The notes under the pieces: generated by a model
Told to the model about the DNA's origin: nothing
The model's database searches: none
The model's input: the letters and a program-made list of their open reading frames with translations, nothing else
Shown here: piece after piece, positions 8,201 to 16,468 of the stretch
Layout of the letters: each line of letters starts with the position of its first letter
How positions within the stretch are numbered: position 1 is the first letter of the stretch
Assembly: GCA_001275005.1 (NCBI GenBank)
Contig: JWZX01003143.1
Coordinates: 52,719 to 72,718, forward strand
From: Chrysochromulina tobinii
Taxonomy: Eukaryota
DNA length: 20,000 bases
Direction of reading: 5' to 3'
Made by a program: the position numbers and the translations under genes

Positions 8201-11200
8201 GTACTCTTGAGCCTCCACACGGCCGTCCTTCAGCCCAGACTGAAGCAGCTCAACGAGAGGTTGCACGCCTCCAGACATAACAGCATCCCGTTGAACCTTC
8301 TTGGTGTCGCCGCCGGCTTCGCCGCCTTCGCTGTTGTCGCGCAGCGCGGCGCCGGCACGCTGACGCACGTCGGGATTCGGGCTGCTGAGCAGAGAGACTA
8401 AGTGCTGCGTGACTTGTACGCGCAAGCCGGAGGACATGAGGGCGATCTGAGCGAGAGCATTGGAGGCCATGTTTTGGGACTTTTCGGATCCGATCTCTAG
8501 CTGTCGGACGATGTGCTTGATCGCCAGTGCTCGGGACAAAGCGTCTCGAACGGACCCGCCCAAGTTGTCACGATCAAGCGACATGGTGTAGATGACTCGA
8601 GTCGCATACTCCTGTGCCTCGACGCGAGTGACTGGACTGGATAGCAAATGGCAGAGCTTGGAGGCGATGATGAACTGGTTTTCCTTGTTTTCTATCGCAA
8701 GCGTGAGCAACGCCTGGACCACGAGCTCCTTGGTCTCAGCTGTTGCTCCATCGAAGAGTCGGACGAGGTGTTCGATCCCGTCTGCATCGGCGATCATGCC
8801 GCGATTCTCTGCACGTTGTGCAAGGACGGATAGGGCACCTGCGGCCGTCTCTTGGGCCGTGGCGTTCCTTGCTCCATATTTGATCAGCTCGACCAACTCT
8901 GGTATGCCCTTAGCTTCAGCAATGAGCATCTGGTTCTTGGGGTCCGCGGAGAGACTCCAGAGGGCGCCAGCTGCCTCTCGATGAGTCTCTGGGTGGTCAC
9001 CGAGCATTGCGATCAGCAATGGAATACCACCCGCGTCCGCAATCATCACCTGGTTGTTTCTATTGTCTTTCGCGAGGCCCCACAGCGCTGATGACAACTC
9101 CCCCTGCGTCAGATGGTGCACGCCTGATGGGCGTCGCTCGGCATCAGATGATGCTCGTCTGATATCATCGTCATCATCTTGCTCCGCGCCTTCTTCCTCC
9201 TCAGTCGCCGATACATCGGCCATCTTCGAGGGCTGCTTTGAGGCAACCACCGGTGGACTCCACTTAATGGGTTCGAGAAGTGAGACTATGAGTTTGACGG
9301 CGCCAGCCTTTGCAAGTGCGTCCTGGTTCGTAGTGTTCGCCTTGGCGAACCGAGAAAGTGCCCGTGCGGCTTTTTCCCGTGTGTTTAGGATCGCACTTGA
9401 CTCGCGCAAATTCTCCACGAGGAGCTTTGCAACCCGAGTCTGATTCTCCGAGTGATTGAGGGCAAGGCTCGCGAGCGCCCCTGCCGCCTGCTTCTGGCCC
9501 CTGTCAGTCGATTTGCCGACCAAGCGCACGAGGGATTCGATGCCCTGGGCGGCGGCAATTGCGTCCTGATTCGCAAAATTAGTTGATGAGAGCGTCCACA
9601 GAGCTCCAGCTGCTTCTTCTTTGGGCAACTCAGTTAGTGCATGTTCGACCAGAGCGATGAGAGGCTCAATGCCTCCGAGCTCTGTGATTAACTTTTGATT
9701 GTCGAAGTGGTCACGCGCGAGTTCGGCGATAGCCTTTGCGAGGTTGGACTGCAACTTGATTTGGATATCGTCGATGCCAGCAAAAGAAATACTGTCCTTG
9801 GTTAAAGCCCTTAGTCTCCTTGTCTCCGCCCTTTGCAGTCTCCGCCCTTGGTCTCCCGCCTGGGCCACGACCACTTCGGGGGCAGCTGACAGGGATCCCT
9901 TGAGCAGATTGACAAGCAGCTCGATCCCACCCTCAAGCTTGATTCTATCCTGCGTTATCTTCGCACCGCCAGCGATGTGAGCTAGCGCAAGAGCCGCCTC
10001 GAGCTGCGCCACACGATTGTCTGTTGTGAGCAGCTTGACAAGGGGCTCGATGGCACCACATTCACCAACTTTTTCAGGATGGCCGACGGCGATTTTACCA
10101 AGTGTGCTCGCGACTTGAGCTCGTACATCAACAGTGTGGTCCGAGAGCAATAGTGCAGCAAGCACTGGAATTCCTCCTTCACTTGCAATCGTCATGGCAA
10201 GCTCTTGATCTTTGCGCGTCATATCGGCGAGAACAATCGTCACATACGCCTGAGATTCCGTGCCACCAGTATTGAGCAGTGCGACCAATGGTGGGATGCC
10301 ATTCGCATTTGCGATCGCATCCACATTCTCGGGCTGGTCGCCGGACAACTTTGACAGGACTGCCGCCGCAAGCATCTTCACCTTGGGCGACTCGGCCTTT
10401 AACTGCTGGACGAGCATCTTAAATGGTCCCGCTTTGGCTATCGCCTTACGATTGTTTCCATCAGCCTGACCATCGGAGAGGGTCAGCAGGAGCTGCGTCA
10501 CATATTCCTGTGCTAGCTCGGTACCAACGCCAAGAAGTGCAACAAGGCCGACTGCAATCGCTATCTGGTTCGTCGGGCCGGAGTCTGCAAGAGTGTAGAG
10601 CGTGCGTGCGGCCTCCTGCCGCCCTTCTTCTGTCTTGCCGTTACTCAGCACGGTCACGAGCGGCGAGATGGCCCCCGCGTTTACGATCACTGCCGGCGCT
10701 TGCTTGTGATCTTTTGCAAGGTTCTGCAGATCGGTGGCCGCACGAGCAACTACTGTGGCATCCTCGTGATCCAGAAGCCCGACAAGACGCTTTGCAATCT
10801 GTGCCTGGTTATCGGTGTTTTCAGTCGCCAAACGTGTCAGAGCATCAGATGCGTGCCGCTGCGCCGTCATAGTACCTTCGGCAAGCAGACTAACGAGAGC
10901 TTTGATGCCTCCGTTAGCGGCAATATTCGCCTGGCTTTCATTGTCAATCGCGAGATGCCACATGGCTGCCGCAGCCTTCTCCCTCCCCCCCGGAGTGCCG
11001 TTCTCACATAACTTGATCAATGGCGGAATGCCGCCAGAGTCGTTGATTGTCACAAGCACGTCGAGTCCTCCTGGGATGGGTGGCAATTGCTGGGCGTTGT
11101 GCTTGGTCGCCAATTTCTTGACGAACGAAGGGTTCACATCACCGGCGGCGTCGAGGTTCCCCATTTCTGAGCCGAGCAGGGCTGCAAATTGCTCGGCGTT

Positions 11201-14200
11201 TTCACCTCCTGATCCGACAGCACCATCTAATGGCACCTCAGATGGCGGCATTCCGGAGGGTGGCATTCCAGCGTGCGGCGCCTCATCAGAATGCCTCTGC
11301 GCACGATCCATGCTACCAGCAGCTTCGCGAATGCAATCCAACCTAACAGCAGCTTCGGCAATGCTATCCATGGACGGAAATATGTCTCGCGAAGACTCTC
11401 GCGAACGTCCACCAAGCTTGCGCATCGCTATCTTCTGCTTTTCATTCTCGCGGCGCGCGTCCACTGCTCCGCTGGCCAGCTCGGCCAGAGCGGCCGCGGC
11501 GAAATATTTCGCCATGGGGGTACCATCTTTCACGAGGGCTACCAAGTCCATGATTGAGTTGCTTCTCACGATGACCCGCTGATTTTCAGCTGTCGTCGCG
11601 AGGTGACACATCGTCGCGGCTGCATGCTCCTGAGCAAGTTGAGTGCCACTGCGGACCAGCGAAAGGAGGGGCGGAACGCCGTTGGCCGCTATGATGGCAT
11701 CCTGCATACTGATATCATTGCACGCAAGATCGGCAAGCGTCGCAGCTGCTTGCTCTTGCATGCCAATCCGCATGCCAAAGTCGGCCTGACTTCCTTTGAA
11801 AATCTCCAACAGCTCCGTGCAGCCTATGACTCCGACCCTGATTGCACCCCAACCGCCCACAGTAGCCGGTTTGTATGGCTCCGGTGGACAGAGATTGGAT
11901 CCATCGAGCATGGAAATCAACATCTGCACACCACCAGCCTGATGAATGCATGTGCGTCTCGCATCGGCGCCAACGATGTTGGCCACGGCCTCGTCGTCAT
12001 CGTTGATGTTGCCGTCGCCGCCTCCCAACTCACTCTCGCAGCCATGCGCCTCACCCTCACCTTCACCACCATCAGCTGTGTCCAAAGCTGCGTTCGGCGT
12101 GCTTGACTGATCCGCGACTATCGTGGCGGCCTCCTCAGAATACTCTACCTCGTTCGAATCATCGCGTGCGAGGTGAGAGAGCGCGCGCGCGGCCGTCTCT
12201 GGGGTCCCCAGCGTTTTGTCGGTCAGGAGCTGGATCAAAGGGCTGATGGCATTCGCGTTTGCAATCACATCGCGGTTCTTTGCTACTTGCCCTGCCGCGG
12301 CCAGCACCGCAGCTGCCATCTGCTGTGTGGCTTTTGAGCCCTTGCTCAACAGATTGACAATTAGCTTTATGCCACCGGCTTGAGCAATCTTCAGGGCCAC
12401 TCTTGAGCTACCTTCTGCCAGCCGCAAGAGCGTCATGACTGCCAGCTGCTGTGCGACGTCGCTCTCTGCCACCAGTAGCCGCACCAGCGCTTCAATAGCA
12501 CCTGCCGATTCGAGCAGAACCCTGTTCTCCGACAACGAGGCAAGATGCCACACGGCGCAGGCAGAGTGCTGCTGCGCCTCGATCACGCCCTTCACGAGAA
12601 GAGTTACCAGAGGCGGGATACCACCCAGCTTGCCGATACTTGCCTGAGTCGTGACATTGTTTCCTGCTACAGAAAGCATCGCCTTCGCTGCCTGCGTCTG
12701 CACTTCCTCACTGCTGTTAACGAGCCAGGTAATGAGGTGCTGAATGCCGCCCGATTTAGCAATCGCAATCTGATTGGTGGGTTCGTTCTCGCAAAGGGAG
12801 GCAATGGCCGAGAGGAGGCGGACGGCTCGTGCAGGTGGCGCCTTGCCGCCGAGCACACCGACCATGCGTTTTGTTATTGTGAGCCGGTTGTCAGCATGCT
12901 GCGTCGCCAGAGCGGTGAGGGCTCCACCAGCGTTGGCTGACGACTTATCGGTGGATCCATACATGAGCATATTGACAAGCGGCTCAATGCCTCCGAGCTT
13001 CGCGACTGTGGCCTTGTTGATTTGGTTGTTTTCCGCCAAGGCCCACAGTGCTGCGGCCGACTCTTCCCTGGTCTCCGGAGTTCCATCGCGCACGTTCGTG
13101 CACAGCGGTGGAATGGCACCGGAGCGGGCAATCGCGGCTTGATTTTCGGGGTGGTCTTTTGCGAGGCTGGCGAGCGCTCCGGCCGCGTTTGTCATCACCT
13201 CCGGTACTGGGTTGGTCACCAATCCAACCATGGGGGGTATGACACCTTCTTTCAAGAATGCCGTCTGGTTAGCCTTGTTGTCGCAAGCCATGTTCCAGAT
13301 GGCAGCCGCTGTCAGCTCGCAGAGTTTGACGCCCGTGGTCTCCTTGGCGTTCGACGTCGCACTAAACAAGGTCTTCACGAGGATCACGATGCCACTTGCG
13401 CTGGCTATCGTCTCTTGATTTTTCGCACTCATATATGCAAGCTGAGAGATGGCACTCATCGAGTTCTCCTTCGCCTTGGCCGATGGGCTGCCGCACAGCG
13501 CAAGCAGTCGAGGAATTCCGCCCGCTTCGACAATGCTCTGGCGATTATCTACGGACTCCTTCGCCAGATTGGCAAGGGCAGCAGAAGCCTGCTCCTGGGC
13601 AGCCACCCGGTCCTGGTCGAGCATGCCCACGAGCTGTCTGATAATGATGGCACGATTGGTGGTCTCAATCGACAGCCGCACGAGCGCGCCTTCGGCGTGC
13701 TGTCTCGCCTTATCGTTGCTGCTGCCCAGGAGCAACACGAGAGGGCCGATCCCTCCCGCTTCGGTGATCGCAGTGCGATTACTCCCATTCTCCGCAAGTG
13801 CCAGCAGCGCGCCGGCCGCCTCTTCTTGCGCCTCCCCACCCGTATCGCCGCTGAGCAGATCAACAAGTGGGCCGATGGCACCGGCTTCAGCGATGATCTG
13901 GGAGGCTGGGGCCTTGTTGGGCAGTCGCTTGATTTCGCTGATCTCCTCCTGTCCGTCACCCTCAGCAACATCAGCAGCCGCGGCACGCTTAGTTTGCTTC
14001 TTCCGATCCTCGAAAGAGAGACGGGCCAGTGCGGCGGCTGCGTACTTCTTGGACGCGGGAACGCGGTGCTTATCGCTGAGCAAACAGACCAGAGGCATGA
14101 TGCCACCTGCTCGATCGACCGCCATCTTCCCCATGACGATCGAAGCAAGCTCCGAGAGCGCTGCGGCGGCGTACTCCTGACACCGCTCTTGTTCGTCCAC

Positions 14201-16468
14201 GTCAAGCAGCGTGATGAGTGGCTCGACCGCCCCACTCTTGACGATAGCTGCCTGTGTTTTGTTATTTTTTGAGGCAAGCTGGTAGATCGCGCACGCCGCC
14301 TGCTCGTTGCTTAAGCTATCGTTGGCGCTCAGTAGGCTGACCAGCGGCTTGATACCCCCCGTGTCAGCGACGACCTTCTGATTGTCAGCATCTATGGAGA
14401 GTGAGAGGCTCCACAGAGCATAGGCTCTAGCTGCTGCCTGCTTGGCAGTCAGCAGCCGCACGAGCGGCTCAGCGCCTCCCGCCTTAGCAATAATCACCTC
14501 ATTGCCACGGTTCTCGTCGACCATGCGCCACAGCGCCTGCGCTGCACGGTTCTGGGCATCGGGAGTTGCCTCCTCGAGTAAGCCCACTAGCAGGCTGGCG
14601 ATCTCAGCTTGGTTGGCGCTGTTGCCTATTGCCAAGGACGAAAGGGCGTTTGCTGCGTTTTGGTGCGCCCGCGGCAGCGGTGAGGCCAGCTGCGTCATGA
14701 GCGCTGGAATCGCGCCAGCACCTGCGATGGAGACCTTGTTCACCGGATTGTCCTCGGACAGTGCCCACATGGCACCCGCTACCTCTGCCTCCACAACCGG
14801 CGCGCCAGAGTGCCGCAGCAGTGCTACGAGAGACGAGGTAGCTCCAGCATCAGCGATCGCGGTCTGGTTCTCCTTATTGTGGCGTGATATCTCAGTGAGC
14901 GCGAGAACTGCCTCCGACTGCACTTCGGTTGGGTGAGCTCCATACGTACACAGGCCGACAAGCGGCATGATGCCGCCCATCTGCGCGATCGCATCCTGAT
15001 TCTCTCGGTGATTGAGCGCCAGCATGGCGAGCGCCTTCACAGCGCTTCGCTGGGCGCTCGGGTAGCGGGTCTCCACCAAAGCCAGCAGTGGCCGGATGCC
15101 ACCGGCCTTTGCGATCACGTCCTGCTCGTGCCGGGTCACAATCGGCCGAAAGAACTTGGCCGTGATGCCGGAGCCCGCCACTATGAAGCTATCCTCGTGG
15201 AGAATTGCTTTTTGAGCCTCCTTGTCGCAGCCCATAAGCTCGTCAAACTCTGCCTGCGGGAACTCTGTCTTTAGATTGAGCGCGTATTTGAGTGCATCGT
15301 TGTGAAGTTCAGTGCCCACGGCTCGATAGTACCTTACGAGGTGTCCTTCGCCAGTGGGCATGACAACCTTGATGAAGCTGCCGATGGTCAGACTCTGTAC
15401 CTCGAAGGCGTCGAATTCGGCTCGGCTGAACTCGAATTCGAGGTCCGAAACCAGCTGGTGCTGCAGATCCGGAGTGAGCTCTGCATCACTAAGTTTCTGA
15501 GAATGGATGACTTGGTTCATTCTCTCTAGCAGAGCCCGATGAAACGCCTCATTGACAACTGGCGCGCCTTCTGTGGGCTTCTCAGCCCCCTTATCCTTCC
15601 ATAGCAGCCCAAGACGGGAGGTGGCAGGAGGCTGGAACCCGAGAGCCTCCCTCCATTTGAGGCCGAGTGAACTATCTCCCTCGGCAAGCGAGGCGAGCGC
15701 AGCAGCCGCCTGCGCTTGGCACTCGACATTGACTACACTAAGCAGAGCGATGAGTCTCGGAATGCCGCCGCGTTGCGTGATGTCCGCTTGAATAGCCTCG
15801 CTCCCACACGCTAAGCGAGCGAGGGCATGGGCTGCTGCCTCCTGTGCCTTGCCACTGCCCAAGAGCGAGATGAGCAGTGGCAGGGCGCTTCCGCGATGGA
15901 TCGCGTTCTGTCCCTCGGTACTTTCGTTTGCAAGGTTGGCAAGCGCCTGCGAAGCATGCACCTGCGTGTCTGCGCTAGCGCCCTTTAGCAAAGAAATGAG
16001 CGGAAGCACACTGCCAGCTTGGATCAATGTTTTTTGTGACGCTGGGAGCTGGGACACGCCTGCAATCGCAGCCGCAGCCTGCTCCTGCAGACCAGAGTCG
16101 CCTCCTCGAAGGACAGTAGTAAGGGCCAGCACGCCGCCGCTGTTGACGATTTCCTCCTGGTACTCGGGGTGGCCGGCGGCCAGTACAGCGAGCGCAGCAC
16201 AGGCGTTCGCCTGCGCAACTGGGCTCCCAACCACCACGCACTGAACGAGAGGCTTGATGGCATTGGCGCGCGCGATCAGCACCACGTTGGGTTCGGAGAC
16301 AGTTGGGTCCAGGCCGGCAGGCTGCTCTGTCAAGCTCCTAAGGAACATTGAGCCACGCTCTTTCATATCCATGTTCCCGACCCGGACCATGTCGACGAGC
16401 TGGTTGATCAGCACGACGAGGCTGCCGCCCGCTTGGGCAACGTCTTTAGTGGTTACGCGTCGAGACAT
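5276..16468 (-). CDS. Giant armadillo-repeat protein (~3,730 aa; Vac8/ARM-like solenoid) with C-terminal CAP-Gly domain and basic Ser/Pro-rich tail
   Basis: Single uninterrupted ORF of 11.2 kb with dozens of ARM repeats (NQ..IA.AGGIPPLV.LL......QE.AA.ALW.LA). Start placed at ATG 16468 (GCCATG, MSRRVTTKD...); the ORF is open upstream to ATG 16594. Stop TAG at 5278-5276. Confidence 0.92.
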   Translation of the reverse strand: MSRRVTTKDVAQAGGSLVVLINQLVDMVRVGNMDMKERGSMFLRSLTEQPAGLDPTVSEPNVVLIARANAIKPLVQCVVVGSPVAQANACAALAVLAAGHPEYQEEIVNSGGVLALTTVLRGGDSGLQEQAAAAIAGVSQLPASQKTLIQAGSVLPLISLLKGASADTQVHASQALANLANESTEGQNAIHRGSALPLLISLLGSGKAQEAAAHALARLACGSEAIQADITQRGGIPRLIALLSVVNVECQAQAAAALASLAEGDSSLGLKWREALGFQPPATSRLGLLWKDKGAEKPTEGAPVVNEAFHRALLERMNQVIHSQKLSDAELTPDLQHQLVSDLEFEFSRAEFDAFEVQSLTIGSFIKVVMPTGEGHLVRYYRAVGTELHNDALKYALNLKTEFPQAEFDELMGCDKEAQKAILHEDSFIVAGSGITAKFFRPIVTRHEQDVIAKAGGIRPLLALVETRYPSAQRSAVKALAMLALNHRENQDAIAQMGGIMPLVGLCTYGAHPTEVQSEAVLALTEISRHNKENQTAIADAGATSSLVALLRHSGAPVVEAEVAGAMWALSEDNPVNKVSIAGAGAIPALMTQLASPLPRAHQNAANALSSLAIGNSANQAEIASLLVGLLEEATPDAQNRAAQALWRMVDENRGNEVIIAKAGGAEPLVRLLTAKQAAARAYALWSLSLSIDADNQKVVADTGGIKPLVSLLSANDSLSNEQAACAIYQLASKNNKTQAAIVKSGAVEPLITLLDVDEQERCQEYAAAALSELASIVMGKMAVDRAGGIMPLVCLLSDKHRVPASKKYAAAALARLSFEDRKKQTKRAAAADVAEGDGQEEISEIKRLPNKAPASQIIAEAGAIGPLVDLLSGDTGGEAQEEAAGALLALAENGSNRTAITEAGGIGPLVLLLGSSNDKARQHAEGALVRLSIETTNRAIIIRQLVGMLDQDRVAAQEQASAALANLAKESVDNRQSIVEAGGIPRLLALCGSPSAKAKENSMSAISQLAYMSAKNQETIASASGIVILVKTLFSATSNAKETTGVKLCELTAAAIWNMACDNKANQTAFLKEGVIPPMVGLVTNPVPEVMTNAAGALASLAKDHPENQAAIARSGAIPPLCTNVRDGTPETREESAAALWALAENNQINKATVAKLGGIEPLVNMLMYGSTDKSSANAGGALTALATQHADNRLTITKRMVGVLGGKAPPARAVRLLSAIASLCENEPTNQIAIAKSGGIQHLITWLVNSSEEVQTQAAKAMLSVAGNNVTTQASIGKLGGIPPLVTLLVKGVIEAQQHSACAVWHLASLSENRVLLESAGAIEALVRLLVAESDVAQQLAVMTLLRLAEGSSRVALKIAQAGGIKLIVNLLSKGSKATQQMAAAVLAAAGQVAKNRDVIANANAISPLIQLLTDKTLGTPETAARALSHLARDDSNEVEYSEEAATIVADQSSTPNAALDTADGGEGEGEAHGCESELGGGDGNINDDDEAVANIVGADARRTCIHQAGGVQMLISMLDGSNLCPPEPYKPATVGGWGAIRVGVIGCTELLEIFKGSQADFGMRIGMQEQAAATLADLACNDISMQDAIIAANGVPPLLSLVRSGTQLAQEHAAATMCHLATTAENQRVIVRSNSIMDLVALVKDGTPMAKYFAAAALAELASGAVDARRENEKQKIAMRKLGGRSRESSRDIFPSMDSIAEAAVRLDCIREAAGSMDRAQRHSDEAPHAGMPPSGMPPSEVPLDGAVGSGGENAEQFAALLGSEMGNLDAAGDVNPSFVKKLATKHNAQQLPPIPGGLDVLVTINDSGGIPPLIKLCENGTPGGREKAAAAMWHLAIDNESQANIAANGGIKALVSLLAEGTMTAQRHASDALTRLATENTDNQAQIAKRLVGLLDHEDATVVARAATDLQNLAKDHKQAPAVIVNAGAISPLVTVLSNGKTEEGRQEAARTLYTLADSGPTNQIAIAVGLVALLGVGTELAQEYVTQLLLTLSDGQADGNNRKAIAKAGPFKMLVQQLKAESPKVKMLAAAVLSKLSGDQPENVDAIANANGIPPLVALLNTGGTESQAYVTIVLADMTRKDQELAMTIASEGGIPVLAALLLSDHTVDVRAQVASTLGKIAVGHPEKVGECGAIEPLVKLLTTDNRVAQLEAALALAHIAGGAKITQDRIKLEGGIELLVNLLKGSLSAAPEVVVAQAGDQGRRLQRAETRRLRALTKDSISFAGIDDIQIKLQSNLAKAIAELARDHFDNQKLITELGGIEPLIALVEHALTELPKEEAAGALWTLSSTNFANQDAIAAAQGIESLVRLVGKSTDRGQKQAAGALASLALNHSENQTRVAKLLVENLRESSAILNTREKAARALSRFAKANTTNQDALAKAGAVKLIVSLLEPIKWSPPVVASKQPSKMADVSATEEEEGAEQDDDDDIRRASSDAERRPSGVHHLTQGELSSALWGLAKDNRNNQVMIADAGGIPLLIAMLGDHPETHREAAGALWSLSADPKNQMLIAEAKGIPELVELIKYGARNATAQETAAGALSVLAQRAENRGMIADADGIEHLVRLFDGATAETKELVVQALLTLAIENKENQFIIASKLCHLLSSPVTRVEAQEYATRVIYTMSLDRDNLGGSVRDALSRALAIKHIVRQLEIGSEKSQNMASNALAQIALMSSGLRVQVTQHLVSLLSSPNPDVRQRAGAALRDNSEGGEAGGDTKKVQRDAVMSGGVQPLVELLQSGLKDGRVEAQEYSLWSLSMITDASRCKDMATLGCIPALIESMSKGQLSADSQEHAAMVLACLCIDAGNDEQIIQRSGIVQMVALLSGPNSNIGSKKQAALGLGRMAVRSSETQELIAKAGAIPHLVAWFQCADKSILVDSAARALAAIAREHEGLQVRIAEAGAIPPLVEMLRSSASISKPSGSASADQGQLESHIIAAEALATLALNVPANQAKVAAAGGIPLLVELLSADERRECKENASKAIAAISPDKDNKLLILRAGGIPPLVALLSNSSALAQRYVTTALALLASDVTEIQAALHQEAAHSPLTALLGSEQSETQESAMNALICMASIPVCLGTVVKRLVGVLQGKNTAAQLKSAQALAVLSGRTLMNRTAIVQAGGIEPIVGLLGNGQRADKNTPPERAAAVLADLARLAESKVEIPRAGGIAPLVTMLNSSCEDAQTYAACALRHLSASAENKDEIVRKGGIVRFVAMLSTGTVDGQRHAANALWQVATSAENKSAIVEAGGIPPLVALLKKSVAPEPNEGLKGGEEPESNEQDRRSLAESKESAAAVLSELARSQMANRKLIFQEGAIAPLVVLMSEGSTSAQKHATCALWGLAQDSRNRQMIIDAEGAVERLVELLRDFESETQGFAAATLVCLANDEAGREVIKTVGGPGPLMSIALGPANWLRNQSIEILKLLGYPDPTESMAEAPPSPRLMRYHAELAANPAVWMMSQVPQKVQINDEHMADIARKFKIGERVVVDPGGRLAEVRYVGKIPEIAPGYWVGVLYDLQVGKNDGAVKGRRLFECPADFGGFVRPDHLRVDPNPPARRTRTPEEDAALAAAAAAAAADAFAGPQKKEPKSARQKKEQKDEKPTEALAEAPAAAAEWDNGAEDADTNALPAPVVRGESFLGRTPSPPVERSDKAAPPKKKGAIKGSMENSYKDPSPRSVQSPRMVSPKSSSETAQGSASASAIPKGTPRATKEQPTGKKPPTSRPRS
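5810..6020 (-). other. CAP-Gly domain (tubulin folding cofactor B-like)
   Basis: FKIGERVVVDPGGRLAEVRYVGKIPEIAPGYWVGVLYDLQVGKNDGAVKGRRLFECPADFGGFVRP, with the GKNDG signature at 5896-5882. Confidence 0.93.
15137..15667 (-). other. In-frame ~177-aa non-ARM insertion made of two homologous copies of a small unnamed domain, one nested inside the other
   Basis: Motifs LGLxW, G...N.A...AL, EF..AEFD, SFI and (F/Y)(F/Y)R each occur twice, in the order start-A, complete B, remainder-A. Confidence 0.7.

Noticed and set aside
15137..15667. Intein or intron as the explanation of the ARM insertion
   Set aside because: No intein terminal motifs, and protein-level similarity between the two internal copies argues for coding sequence. 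RNA data are still needed.
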